From NCBI GenBank assembly GCA_965248575.1, contig CBDFJQ010000002.1:1504001-1568000 (forward strand): a DNA stretch of 64,000 nt, given 5' to 3'. Position numbers and translations under genes: made by a program. Positions 46,868-55,681 of this stretch are shown here, piece after piece. Source of the DNA: Planctomycetota bacterium (GTDB lineage: Bacteria > Planctomycetota > B15-G4). The stretch's first letter is position 1, and every line of letters begins with the position of its first letter. Below the pieces are notes generated by a model. The model was not told the DNA's origin. It saw only the letters and a program-made list of their open reading frames with translations, and made no database searches.

Positions 46868-48409
46868 ATGAATATCATCCAGGCCGCTGCGGCCAGCCTG
46901 CTGCTCACGGGCAGCGCCCTCGCCGGCGACGCAGCCGAAGGCATCGCCGTCATCGACGCCACGGAGTACCTCCCGCTCGGCACCTTCAACGCCTGGGAGA
47001 TGATCGACGCCGACAACCAGGTGGACGGTGACACCCAGATCATCAGCGTCAAGAAGACCACCGTTGTGGACGGCATCCCCCGCTACAACGTGCGCACCAA
47101 GATCTTCGACGAAGTGGCGGACGTCATCTTCCAGTTCGGCGTGGACGGCAGTGAGATCTATCTCTACGCCGCAAAGGTCGCTGCGGGCGCCGACCTGGGT
47201 GACGACGACCTCTCGGTCTCGACGATGTTCTTCACGCCACCTGTTTTCGTGGGCGACACCTCCCAACCGCTCGACGGGCCGCCTGCGGTCACGCCCATCA
47301 CGTCGTCCATCAAGGTCAAGCTCAAGATCGGGCCCAAATCCATCAAGGCCAAGGTGGACGTCGCGGGCACCATCTCGACCAGTTGGCAGAGCGTCGGCCC
47401 CGTGCTCACCCCCAACGGCACCATCCCGGGCAACAACCTGGCCCAGCTGCGGATGGACTTCTTCTTCACCTACAGCTCGGACGACGACGACATCGACGAC
47501 GTGCTGCAGGGCGAGACCACCAACAAGACCGTGCGCGGCATCATGGGTGTGGACGCTGGCTATGTGCAGATCGACGGCGCCGGCAGCAAGGTCAAGGTCC
47601 TGAACCGGGCGATCCTGCCCAACAACACCGTGGGCAACTTCCCGCCCTTGACGGTCGACCTGGCCGGGCTCGTGATCAGCACGCCCTTCCTGTTCAACCT
47701 CTTCTACGGTGGAGGTGCCGAGGGGGTCGACCCGAGTGACGGCTTCGTGACCCTGTCCAATGTCGACATCCAACAGCGGCTCGGCGGCAAGACGTTCATG
47801 ACGGCTGACGTCTCCGTGGCTGGTGTCGAAGGAGGGACGATCGTGCCGGTGCAGTTCACAGGCAAGACCAAGTTCAAGCCCGATGGCACGGCCAACGTCT
47901 CCATGAAGGCGAAGACGGCCCACCCCGACCTGACTGCCAAGTTGAACATGAAGATCAAGGCGGCGCTCACCGACACGAGCACCTCCATGACCATGACCTA
48001 CAAGGCGGGCAAGGACATCGATGGCCTGCCGATCGTGGGCGAGGTGGACATTCCCATCAGCCCCGAACCGGTGGCGAACGCCGTCCTGAACATCAACAGG
48101 CTGTTGGACGTGAAGTTCGACCCGAACCCGCTCAAGCGCAAGCTGGGTGCAGAAGGAACGCTCACCCTAGGTTCGCTCCAGATTCCCGTGACAGTGCTGG
48201 AGAAGGTGAAGGTCAAGGAGGGCTTCCCGGAGAAGCGCAACTACGCCCTGGTGCAGACCGGCACCACGAAGCCCAAGCTGTTCAAGTGGGCGGCCAGCAA
48301 CACGGACAACACCGACTACCTCATCGCGAAACTGAAGGGCAAGCTGCTGGGCCTGAAGATCAAGCCTGAGGATCCCAGCCTGCTGCCCGTCAGCCTCGAC
48401 GACGAGTAG
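46868..48409 (+). CDS. Secreted beta-rich hypothetical protein
   Basis: GGGAG SD, signal peptide MNIIQAAAASLLLTGSALA, strong GC3 codon bias, no recognisable catalytic motif. Confidence 0.8.
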   Translation: MNIIQAAAASLLLTGSALAGDAAEGIAVIDATEYLPLGTFNAWEMIDADNQVDGDTQIISVKKTTVVDGIPRYNVRTKIFDEVADVIFQFGVDGSEIYLYAAKVAAGADLGDDDLSVSTMFFTPPVFVGDTSQPLDGPPAVTPITSSIKVKLKIGPKSIKAKVDVAGTISTSWQSVGPVLTPNGTIPGNNLAQLRMDFFFTYSSDDDDIDDVLQGETTNKTVRGIMGVDAGYVQIDGAGSKVKVLNRAILPNNTVGNFPPLTVDLAGLVISTPFLFNLFYGGGAEGVDPSDGFVTLSNVDIQQRLGGKTFMTADVSVAGVEGGTIVPVQFTGKTKFKPDGTANVSMKAKTAHPDLTAKLNMKIKAALTDTSTSMTMTYKAGKDIDGLPIVGEVDIPISPEPVANAVLNINRLLDVKFDPNPLKRKLGAEGTLTLGSLQIPVTVLEKVKVKEGFPEKRNYALVQTGTTKPKLFKWAASNTDNTDYLIAKLKGKLLGLKIKPEDPSLLPVSLDDE

Positions 48410-48467
48410 TCGGCCCTGAGAGGGAGCCGGCGTCGCCTCTCCGGAGGCTGGTTCTACCCCGACACAT

Positions 48468-48503
48468 CGGCGGTCGTACGGAATCGATTCCGTGCGGCCG
48501 CCG
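48468..48503 (+). terminator. Long near-perfect hairpin after the secreted-protein gene
   Basis: cggcggtcgtacggaatc|gattccgtgcggccgccg; both mismatches are U-G pairs on the + strand. Confidence 0.5.
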
Positions 48504-48513
48504 TGTTCGTTCC

Positions 48514-48623
48514 GGGGCAGACTGTTCTTGGACACCTGATCTGCTTCTCAGACAACGAGGCGAACAGACGCCTCGAAAACTCGCTTCAGATCAGGTGCCC
48601 AAGAACAGCCCGCCCCTCGTCGC
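48514..48623 (-). repeat. Structured hairpin element, copy 1
   Basis: 30-bp arms at 48514-48543 and 48587-48616 with three mismatches, all G-U on the minus strand, enclosing a 43-nt loop. Confidence 0.85.
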
Positions 48624-48813
48624 TGGAGAAGCGCTGGGACCACTGGTGGCGCCCGGCGCCGTGGACCGTGGCCCGGAAAAATGGACTGATAGCCAAGACC
48701 ACAGTGACCTGCACTGAAGACCAGGAGTCACTCCACTCGCAGAGTCACTGAAAGTCCAGACAGTCTGGATCAAAGGGGGAGTGGACTCGCACGGCGCGTG
48801 GACCGACATTCAC

Positions 48814-48924
48814 CGACGAGGGCGGTCCTGTTTTTTGGGCAGAGGATCTGAGGCGAGTTTTCGAGGCGTCTGTTCGCCTCGTTGTCTGAGCAGCAGATCC
48901 TCTGCCCAAAAAACAGGACCGCCC
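48814..48924 (+). repeat. Structured hairpin element, copy 2 (inverted relative to copy 1)
   Basis: Perfect 31-bp arms at 48820-48850 and 48894-48924; the 43-nt loop matches copy 1 at 41/43 positions. Confidence 0.85.
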
Positions 48925-48955
48925 GGCAAGCCGGCAGAACTCGAACCCGCAGCCC

Positions 48956-50626
48956 CTAGCTGTCGCCGCCGAGGTATCCGAGCGCCCTCAATTCGGCCAC
49001 CACTTCGGGATCCAGATCTTCCAGCTCAAGATTCCCGCCCTCGATGCGTCCCGCCAGGTTCTCGTCCGCGAAGTGCTTCATGAGTTGGCGCAGGCGCGTG
49101 CCGCGCCCCTCGAGGGTGTCGGCCAGGTCCTCGTGTTCACCCGGGTCCTCGTCCAGGCGGTAGTACTCCTCCAAGGTTCCACCCGGCGGCAGCCGCTGGG
49201 CGGGCATCTTCAGGATCGTACCTGGCTCCAACACCACATCTCGTTGGGACTGGCCGGCGGGCACGAGACCAGGGTTGAGGGCCACGATGTCCTGCACGTG
49301 GTTGAGGCGGCCGTAGTTCACGCGCGAGATGGTGGAGATGGTGTCCTTCTTGCGCACCTCGTACTCGAAGGCGTCGGCCTTCGTGCCGTCGTAGGCGCGG
49401 TTGCGGATGAGCTTGGCGTTGCCGTCGCTCACACTCTCGAAGTCCAGCCCCGTGAAGTTCATCTCGGAGTAGGCATAGCTGCCCTCCACTTCCAGCTTGC
49501 CGCTGCGCGCTGCGAGACCCAGGTCGCGACCTTGGAAGTTCTCGGGGATCTCGAGGCCGTAGGCACCCAGGATGGTGGGCGCCAGGTCCACGTGGCTGGC
49601 AAAGGCCTGCACCTTCGCCGGTTGGGGGGCCCCCTCCCGCGGAAAGCGGATCACGAGCGGCACATGCAGCTGCTCCTGATACATGTCGGTGCCGTGGGCT
49701 CGCAGGTTGTGGTCAAAGAGCCCTTCGCCGTGATCCGACGTGACCACCACCAACAGGTCGTCCAGCAGCCCCCGCTCGCGCAAGCCTTCGAACAGCTTGC
49801 CGAGCCAGATGTCGCAGTACCTCACCTCACCTGAGTAGAGCCAGCGCATGCGCGCCTCGTCCGCTTCAGTGCGGTCCTTCCAACCGAGCTGGTCGATGAG
49901 GACGAGGTCGCGCCGACTGCCATTGAAGCGACCTGGCGGCTCGGGCTCCGTCATCAGGTCCGGGTGTGGCAGATAGGGGTCGTGGGGATCGATGTAGTGC
50001 ATGAACAGGAAGAACGGCTGCTCCTGTTCCAGGCTGTCCACCATCTCCAGCCCCTTCTTCGTCACCTCGTCGGCGGTCACCACCGGGAAGTCGTCGGGGT
50101 AGCCGCGCTTGGGAAGGCGCGACACGAACTGCTCGAAACCCTGGGCGAACCCGAAGGTGCTCCCGGCATTGCCGTTGGTGGAGACCGCGAGGCAGCGCAG
50201 GCCGGCGCCCGCCAGGCGTTCCGCGAGCGTCTCCAGCTCGTCCGACAGCACGTCTTGTTTCGTGAGCACGTCGACGGTCGTGGGGTACTGCCCCGTGAAC
50301 ATCGAGGCGAGTGCCGGACGGGTCCAACTGGAGGCTGCGATGGTGTTGTCGAACACCAGGGAGTCTGCCGCCAGGGCATCCAACTCTGGAGTGAGCCCCT
50401 TGTCGGAACCGTGCGCCCCCACGTAGTCGGCCCGCAGGGTGTCCACCACCACGAAGAGCACGCCGCGCGGCGTAGCGCTGGCGGGGACGATCTCCTCCGG
50501 TGGCTGGTCCGGGGCGCTGTCCGAACACGCGAGAACGGCCAGACAACCCGCCCCTAGGAGCGCACGACGAGGCAGTTCAAACAAGCGGTTCAAGGCGGGT
50601 CCAACGGGTGCGGAGAGTCGAGGCAT
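48956..50626 (-). CDS. Sulfatase-like hydrolase lipoprotein with inserted LysM domain
   Basis: VVVDTLRAD, SSWTRPALASMFTG, HYIDPHDPY, TSDHGE, C-terminal ELRALGY; LysM YEVRKKDTISTIS...IVALNP...LEPGTILKMP; PRRALL...VLAC signal. Confidence 0.85.
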   Translation of the reverse strand: MPRLSAPVGPALNRLFELPRRALLGAGCLAVLACSDSAPDQPPEEIVPASATPRGVLFVVVDTLRADYVGAHGSDKGLTPELDALAADSLVFDNTIAASSWTRPALASMFTGQYPTTVDVLTKQDVLSDELETLAERLAGAGLRCLAVSTNGNAGSTFGFAQGFEQFVSRLPKRGYPDDFPVVTADEVTKKGLEMVDSLEQEQPFFLFMHYIDPHDPYLPHPDLMTEPEPPGRFNGSRRDLVLIDQLGWKDRTEADEARMRWLYSGEVRYCDIWLGKLFEGLRERGLLDDLLVVVTSDHGEGLFDHNLRAHGTDMYQEQLHVPLVIRFPREGAPQPAKVQAFASHVDLAPTILGAYGLEIPENFQGRDLGLAARSGKLEVEGSYAYSEMNFTGLDFESVSDGNAKLIRNRAYDGTKADAFEYEVRKKDTISTISRVNYGRLNHVQDIVALNPGLVPAGQSQRDVVLEPGTILKMPAQRLPPGGTLEEYYRLDEDPGEHEDLADTLEGRGTRLRQLMKHFADENLAGRIEGGNLELEDLDPEVVAELRALGYLGGDS

Positions 50627-50761
50627 CGTCCGTCCAATCCTCGATGCCAAAGCTGAACAGTCAAGCCCGTATCGGCCGTGAGTGTGCCCGGGCTGCAGGA
50701 GGAACCGACGAGGGTAGGGAGACGTTGCGGAGCGATGCTCCAAGGAATGCCTGGGGATCGG

Positions 50762-51616
50762 CTAGGGCAGAGCGAAGCGCACCCAGACCGGAGCGTGGTC
50801 CGAGAGCCCTGCGTCCTTCTCGATCCAGGCGCCCCGGGCCCGGGACGCCAGGGCCGGGGAGGCCAGCACGTAGTCCAGACGCCAGCCGAGGTCGTTCTCA
50901 CGGGCGCGGCCGCGGTTCGACCACCAGGAATAGAGACCGGCCTCGCCCGGGTGCAGGTCCCGCAACACATCACTCCAACCCTGCGCGAGCAGGGTTCCGA
51001 ACCACTCCCGCTCCTCTGGCAGGAAGCCTGAGTTCTTCTCGTTGCGCTTGGGCGCGTGGATGTCGATCTCGGTGTGGGCGACGTTGAAGTCACCGCAGAT
51101 CAGGGTCGGCCGGCCCTCTTCGAGCAGCTGGGCTGTGTGGGCCAGGAAGTGGTCCATCCAGGCGAACTTTCGCTCCAGACGCTCCTCCGAGGACGAGCCG
51201 CTCGGTACGTAGACATTGATCAAGGTGAGATCGGCCAGCTCCGTGCGCAACACCCGCCCTTCGGCATCGCTCCAGCCCAGGCCCGAGCCTTCGACGTACC
51301 GATCCGCGGCGGCGCGAGTGTAGGTGGCCACGCCCGAGTAGCCCTTCTTTTCGGCGTTGAGCCAGCGCGAGTTGTAGCCCTCGGGGCAGCGCAGGGAGGC
51401 GTCCACCTGGTCCGGCCAGGCACGCACCTCTTGTAGGCAGAGCGCATCGGGCCGCCCTTCCGCCAACCACTCCGCCCAACCCTTCTTCGCCGCGGAGCGC
51501 AGGCCGTTGCAGTTGAGCGAGCAGAGCGTGAAGCCCCGCTCACCTTTCGCGAGCGCGGGGCCCTGATCAAAGAGCGGCGCCGTCTCGGCAGCCTGCTTGC
51601 GTCGCGCAGCGCTCAT
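50762..51616 (-). CDS. xth: Exodeoxyribonuclease III
   Basis: NCNGLRSA, CLQE, KGYSGV, EGR, GDFNVAH, GWRLDY, SDHAP; ATGA-coupled to hisS. Confidence 0.95.
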   Translation of the reverse strand: MSAARRKQAAETAPLFDQGPALAKGERGFTLCSLNCNGLRSAAKKGWAEWLAEGRPDALCLQEVRAWPDQVDASLRCPEGYNSRWLNAEKKGYSGVATYTRAAADRYVEGSGLGWSDAEGRVLRTELADLTLINVYVPSGSSSEERLERKFAWMDHFLAHTAQLLEEGRPTLICGDFNVAHTEIDIHAPKRNEKNSGFLPEEREWFGTLLAQGWSDVLRDLHPGEAGLYSWWSNRGRARENDLGWRLDYVLASPALASRARGAWIEKDAGLSDHAPVWVRFALP

Positions 51617-52929
51617 GACGTGCGGAAGGTCTTGAGCACGGGCGCCTGGCCAGCCTGACACACGGCATAGCTGTCGAAGCCCTGCGCCTGCAGTTCATCC
51701 AACTGCCTGCCCAGCTTCTTGCGGCTGGCGAGGGTCGTCACCGAGCAGGTCTCGCCATCGGCGCCCCGCTCCCTCAACTGGGTGGCATGGGCCATGAGTT
51801 CGCCGTAGTCCGTCTCCGGCCCGTAGAGCAGCGCCACCTTCTTCCAGCGGCGCTGGGGCGCGATGCCCAGGTCCTCCAGCACCATCAGCACGCGCTCGAA
51901 GCCGATGGAGAAGCCACAGGCCGGAACGTCCTTGCCGGAGATGCTGCCGATCATGCGGTCGTAGCGGCCCCCTCCCGCCATGGAGAACGGATAGCCCTCC
52001 ATGCTCACCTCGAAGATCACGCCGGTGTAGTAGCCCATGCCGCGCACGAGGGTCGGGTCGATCTCGACGGCGACGCCGTCCGGCAGGGAGCTGGTCGCCA
52101 CGTCCATCAACTGCATGAGTTCCGCTTCGATGACGCCCGCCGGGTTCGTGTCCGCGTCGTTACCGGCGCCTGTACAGGCGGCGCGATAGGCGTCCACCGC
52201 CTCGGCGGCCTTCCCGTCCGCCACGCATTGCAGCATGGCCGTGGCTCGCTCGATGGCTGCGTCCGGGTGGCCCTTGCCCAGCAGTTCCTTGCGCACGCCA
52301 TCGACACCGATCTTGTCCAGCTTGTCGATGGTGATGAACACCTCGCCCGAGCGCTCAGCGTCAAAACCACAGCCCTCAACAAAAGCGGTCAGCATGCGCC
52401 GATCGTTCACCCGCACGCGCAGACCTTTCAGGCCGAGTGCATTGAGCGCCCTCACGGTGGCCCGGATGAGTTCGATCTCTGCCAGCACCGACGCCTCGCC
52501 CAGGATGTCGATGTCGCATTGGGTGAACTGTCGGTAGCGCCCTTTCTGAGGGCGCTCGGCCCGCCACACCGGCCCGATCTGGATGGACCGGAAGGGAGCA
52601 GGGAGCTCCGCCGCGTGCTCAGCGTAGAAGCGCGCCAAGGGCACGGTCAGATCGTAGCGCAGGCCGAAGTCCACCAGGTCGTCCGCGCTCTGGGCGGCGG
52701 ACAGGTCCAACTTGTCGCCCCGCTTCAGCACCTTGTAGATGAGCTTCTCGTTGTCGCCGCCCTCGCCGCTGCTGAGCAGGGCGATGTGCTCGAGGGCCGG
52801 GGTCTCCACGCGCCGGAAGCCGAAGCGCTCATAGGCTTCGAGAATCACCCGGGTGGCATCGTCGCGCCGCTCGACCTGGTCGGGGAGCAGGTCACGCATG
52901 CCCCGGGCGGGCGCGGTGTTCTTCTTCAC
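51613..52929 (-). CDS. hisS: Histidine--tRNA ligase
   Basis: ARGMRDLLP, LRYDLTVPLAR, WRAERPQKGRYRQFTQCD, LVRGMGYYTG, GGGRYD, GFSIGFER. Confidence 0.96.
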   Translation of the reverse strand: MKKNTAPARGMRDLLPDQVERRDDATRVILEAYERFGFRRVETPALEHIALLSSGEGGDNEKLIYKVLKRGDKLDLSAAQSADDLVDFGLRYDLTVPLARFYAEHAAELPAPFRSIQIGPVWRAERPQKGRYRQFTQCDIDILGEASVLAEIELIRATVRALNALGLKGLRVRVNDRRMLTAFVEGCGFDAERSGEVFITIDKLDKIGVDGVRKELLGKGHPDAAIERATAMLQCVADGKAAEAVDAYRAACTGAGNDADTNPAGVIEAELMQLMDVATSSLPDGVAVEIDPTLVRGMGYYTGVIFEVSMEGYPFSMAGGGRYDRMIGSISGKDVPACGFSIGFERVLMVLEDLGIAPQRRWKKVALLYGPETDYGELMAHATQLRERGADGETCSVTTLASRKKLGRQLDELQAQGFDSYAVCQAGQAPVLKTFRTS

Positions 52930-53011
52930 GACAGGTCTCCGGCTTCACGGTTCGAGGAAGCGGCGCATCCTACCTCCCTGCCCGCTCACAATCGATTCGT
53001 GGAGCGGACCT

Positions 53012-54550
53012 TCAGCGCGTCCAGCTCAGCCACTTGCCCATGAGGCTCGCGACCAGGGGCGTCAGGCGGGTGCGGTTGTACTGGTCGCCCACCCGACGGA
53101 TGGCCTCGGCCTGGGTGGGATAGGGATGGATGGTGTTGGCCACCGTCCCCAGGCCGACCTTGCCCACCATGGCCACGCTCAACTCGGAAATCATCTCGCC
53201 CGCGTGGCGGGCGACAATGGTCGCCCCCAGGATCTGATCCTTGCCCTTGGCGGTGATGATCTTCACGAAGCCCTCGTCCTCGCCATCCAAGATGGCCCGG
53301 TCCACATCCTCCAAGGGCTGCTCGAAGACGTCCACGTCGATGCCCTGCTCGGCGGCGTCCTTCTCGTAGAGGCCCACGTGGGCGATCTCGGGGTCGGTGT
53401 AGGTGCACCACGGGATGGTCAGGGCCGAAGCCTTGGACTTGCCCCCGAACAGGGCGTTGCGGATCACGATGCGCGCCATGAAGTCCGCGGTGTGGGTGAA
53501 CTGGAAGCGCGAGCAGATGTCGCCAGCGGCAAAGATCTTGGGGTTGGTCGTGCGCAGGTTGTCGTCCACCTGCACGCCCTTGCGTTCGTCGAAGGCGACG
53601 CCCGCCACGTCCAGGCCCAGGCCGTGCACATTGGGCGCCCGGCCGACACCCACCAGGATCTCGTCCACGCGCAGGGTCTTGGTCTCGCCCCCCTGCTGGA
53701 GATGCAGCACCTTTTCATCGCCGTCCTGCTCGACGTTCAAGGTCTTGGTGGACAGCAAGAGTTGGATGCCGTCCTGCTCGAAGGCCTTCTGCACGACGGC
53801 CGCCGCGTCCGGGTCTTCGCGCATGAGGATGTGATCGCCCAGCTCGATGATGGTCACCTCGCTGCCGAAGCGCGCAAAGGACTGGGCCATCTCGCTGCCA
53901 ATCGGGCCCGAGCCGATGATGGCCAGGCGCCGGGGAAGCTCGGTCAAGCTGAACAGCGTCTCGTTGGTGAGATAGCCCGTCTGCTCCAGACCGGGGATCG
54001 GCGGCGCCGCCGCGCGGCCTCCGGTGGCGATGACCGCCTTCTTGAACATCAGGGTCTGGCCCGCCACCTCCACACGATCCGGACCGGTGAAGCGCCCACC
54101 CCCGAGGAAGATGTCGACGCCCAGGTCCGAGAAACGCTGGGCGGAATCGTTAGGCGCGATGCGCGCCCGCAGCTTGCGCATGCGTTCCATGACCTTGCCG
54201 AAGTCCACCTGCACGCCGTCAGGCACATGGATGCCGTATTCGCCAGCATCGCGCACCTCAGCGGCGCGTCGCGCCGCGGAGATGAGCCCCTTGCTGGGGA
54301 CACAGCCGACGTTCAGGCAGTCGCCGCCCATGAAGTGCTTCTCGATCAGGGCGACCTTGGCGCCCAGGCCCGCAGCCCCCACGGCCGAGACCAGACCCGC
54401 CGTGCCGCCGCCGATGACCACCATGTTGTAGCGGCCGTCGGGGGTCGGGTTCTTCCAGTCGGCTGGGTGGACATGCCCGACCAGCGTCCGGTTGTGTTCG
54501 TCGTCCGGCAGCATGGTCGGCGAATCGGATGAGTCACTCATGGTCGTCAC
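53012..54550 (-). CDS. Flavin disulfide oxidoreductase (often auto-annotated mercuric reductase; lacks the C-terminal CC)
   Basis: GGGTAG, GGDCLNVGCVPSK, GSGPIGSE, HPYPTQAE. Confidence 0.88.
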   Translation of the reverse strand: MTTMSDSSDSPTMLPDDEHNRTLVGHVHPADWKNPTPDGRYNMVVIGGGTAGLVSAVGAAGLGAKVALIEKHFMGGDCLNVGCVPSKGLISAARRAAEVRDAGEYGIHVPDGVQVDFGKVMERMRKLRARIAPNDSAQRFSDLGVDIFLGGGRFTGPDRVEVAGQTLMFKKAVIATGGRAAAPPIPGLEQTGYLTNETLFSLTELPRRLAIIGSGPIGSEMAQSFARFGSEVTIIELGDHILMREDPDAAAVVQKAFEQDGIQLLLSTKTLNVEQDGDEKVLHLQQGGETKTLRVDEILVGVGRAPNVHGLGLDVAGVAFDERKGVQVDDNLRTTNPKIFAAGDICSRFQFTHTADFMARIVIRNALFGGKSKASALTIPWCTYTDPEIAHVGLYEKDAAEQGIDVDVFEQPLEDVDRAILDGEDEGFVKIITAKGKDQILGATIVARHAGEMISELSVAMVGKVGLGTVANTIHPYPTQAEAIRRVGDQYNRTRLTPLVASLMGKWLSWTR

Positions 54551-55299
54551 TGGCTGACCTCCTTATCGAGCGCCTTGCGGGCGATGCGGGTCACGTAGAC
54601 CGTCACCACGATGGTGGCAACGAGGCCCACGACCTTGAGTGCCGTCTGTGCGGGGCTTCCGCCCTGCTCCGTCGCCACCACGTCCTTGGCGGCCGAACCC
54701 AGATAGACGTACATGATGGTGCCCGGGATCATCCCCACCCAGGACGCCAGGAAGTAGTTGCGGAAGGACACCGCCGTCAGGCCGTAGGCGTAGTTGAGGA
54801 TGCTGAACGGAAAGACCGGGGAGAGACGGGTCAGGAACACGATCTTGAAACCCTCGCGCCCCACCGCCTCATCCACCGCGGCGAAGCGTTCGTTGCCCGC
54901 GACCTTCTTCTCCACCCAGGCCCGTGCCACGTAGCGGCCCACCAGGAAGGCCGCGGCCGCCCCGAGGGTTGCGGCCACGGAGACGGTGATGGAACCCTTG
55001 ACCACACCGAAGGCCGCCCCCGCACCGAGTGTCAGGATCGAGCCGGGGATCAGGAAGACGCAGGCCACGATGTACATGCCTACGAGAGCAACGGGCCCCC
55101 ACCATCCGAGGCCGTCCACCCAGTCCAGCGCGGCAGTCATCCATTCGTCGATGGGCAGCAACACGAGGGCTGCAACGAGAGCCGCCACCACCAGGATGGC
55201 GGGCAGCAGCTTGGAACGCCCTTGCGGTGCAGCGCTCGCGGTGTCCGCAGGCGGCACGGCCGATGCAGCTGCGGCGCTCGTATCCGGCGCATCCGACAT
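54547..55299 (-). CDS. TVP38/TMEM64 (DedA-superfamily) membrane protein
   Basis: PGSILTLGAGAAFG, LTRLSPVFPFSILNYAYG, GMIPGTIMYVYLG. Confidence 0.92.
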   Translation of the reverse strand: MSDAPDTSAAAASAVPPADTASAAPQGRSKLLPAILVVAALVAALVLLPIDEWMTAALDWVDGLGWWGPVALVGMYIVACVFLIPGSILTLGAGAAFGVVKGSITVSVAATLGAAAAFLVGRYVARAWVEKKVAGNERFAAVDEAVGREGFKIVFLTRLSPVFPFSILNYAYGLTAVSFRNYFLASWVGMIPGTIMYVYLGSAAKDVVATEQGGSPAQTALKVVGLVATIVVTVYVTRIARKALDKEVSQ

Positions 55300-55681
55300 G
55301 TGTCCAGCTCCTTGCGTGAGTTCCCAAGACCGACCGGGTCTAGCAGCACCCGGGATGTTGCCCTGTTCCCCGGATATTGCCTGGAAGCAGGGCGCCGATC
55401 ACGGCTGCCTTGAAGCCAACCTTCATTCTCGGCGCCTCAGCCGATGCACGACGCAGGCGCGACGTGCTCAACGGGGGCGTCTGATGCCGCGCCGAGTCTC
55501 GGTGTTTCGCTGTTTCTCCTGAACCCGCACTGGCACCCAAAGCCATGGGTCGGTCCAAGGATCTGCGCCCGGATCTTTCTGGATGGTCTATGCTCGCTGG
55601 CATCGGACACGGGGGTGTCCATCTCTTGGAAGAGAACACCGACTGCGGGCGCTTCGTCGCCCCGAACTGCGAGGGGGATCC

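Noticed and set aside
53012..54550. Mercury resistance (merA)
   Set aside because: No C-terminal Cys-Cys pair, no NmerA domain and no mer genes; pairing with TVP38 is a common arrangement.
55300..55680. Sigma-54 promoter candidates (TGGCAC) upstream of the redox operon
   Set aside because: No GC at the required -12 spacing; the same applies to candidates near 18725 and 61283.
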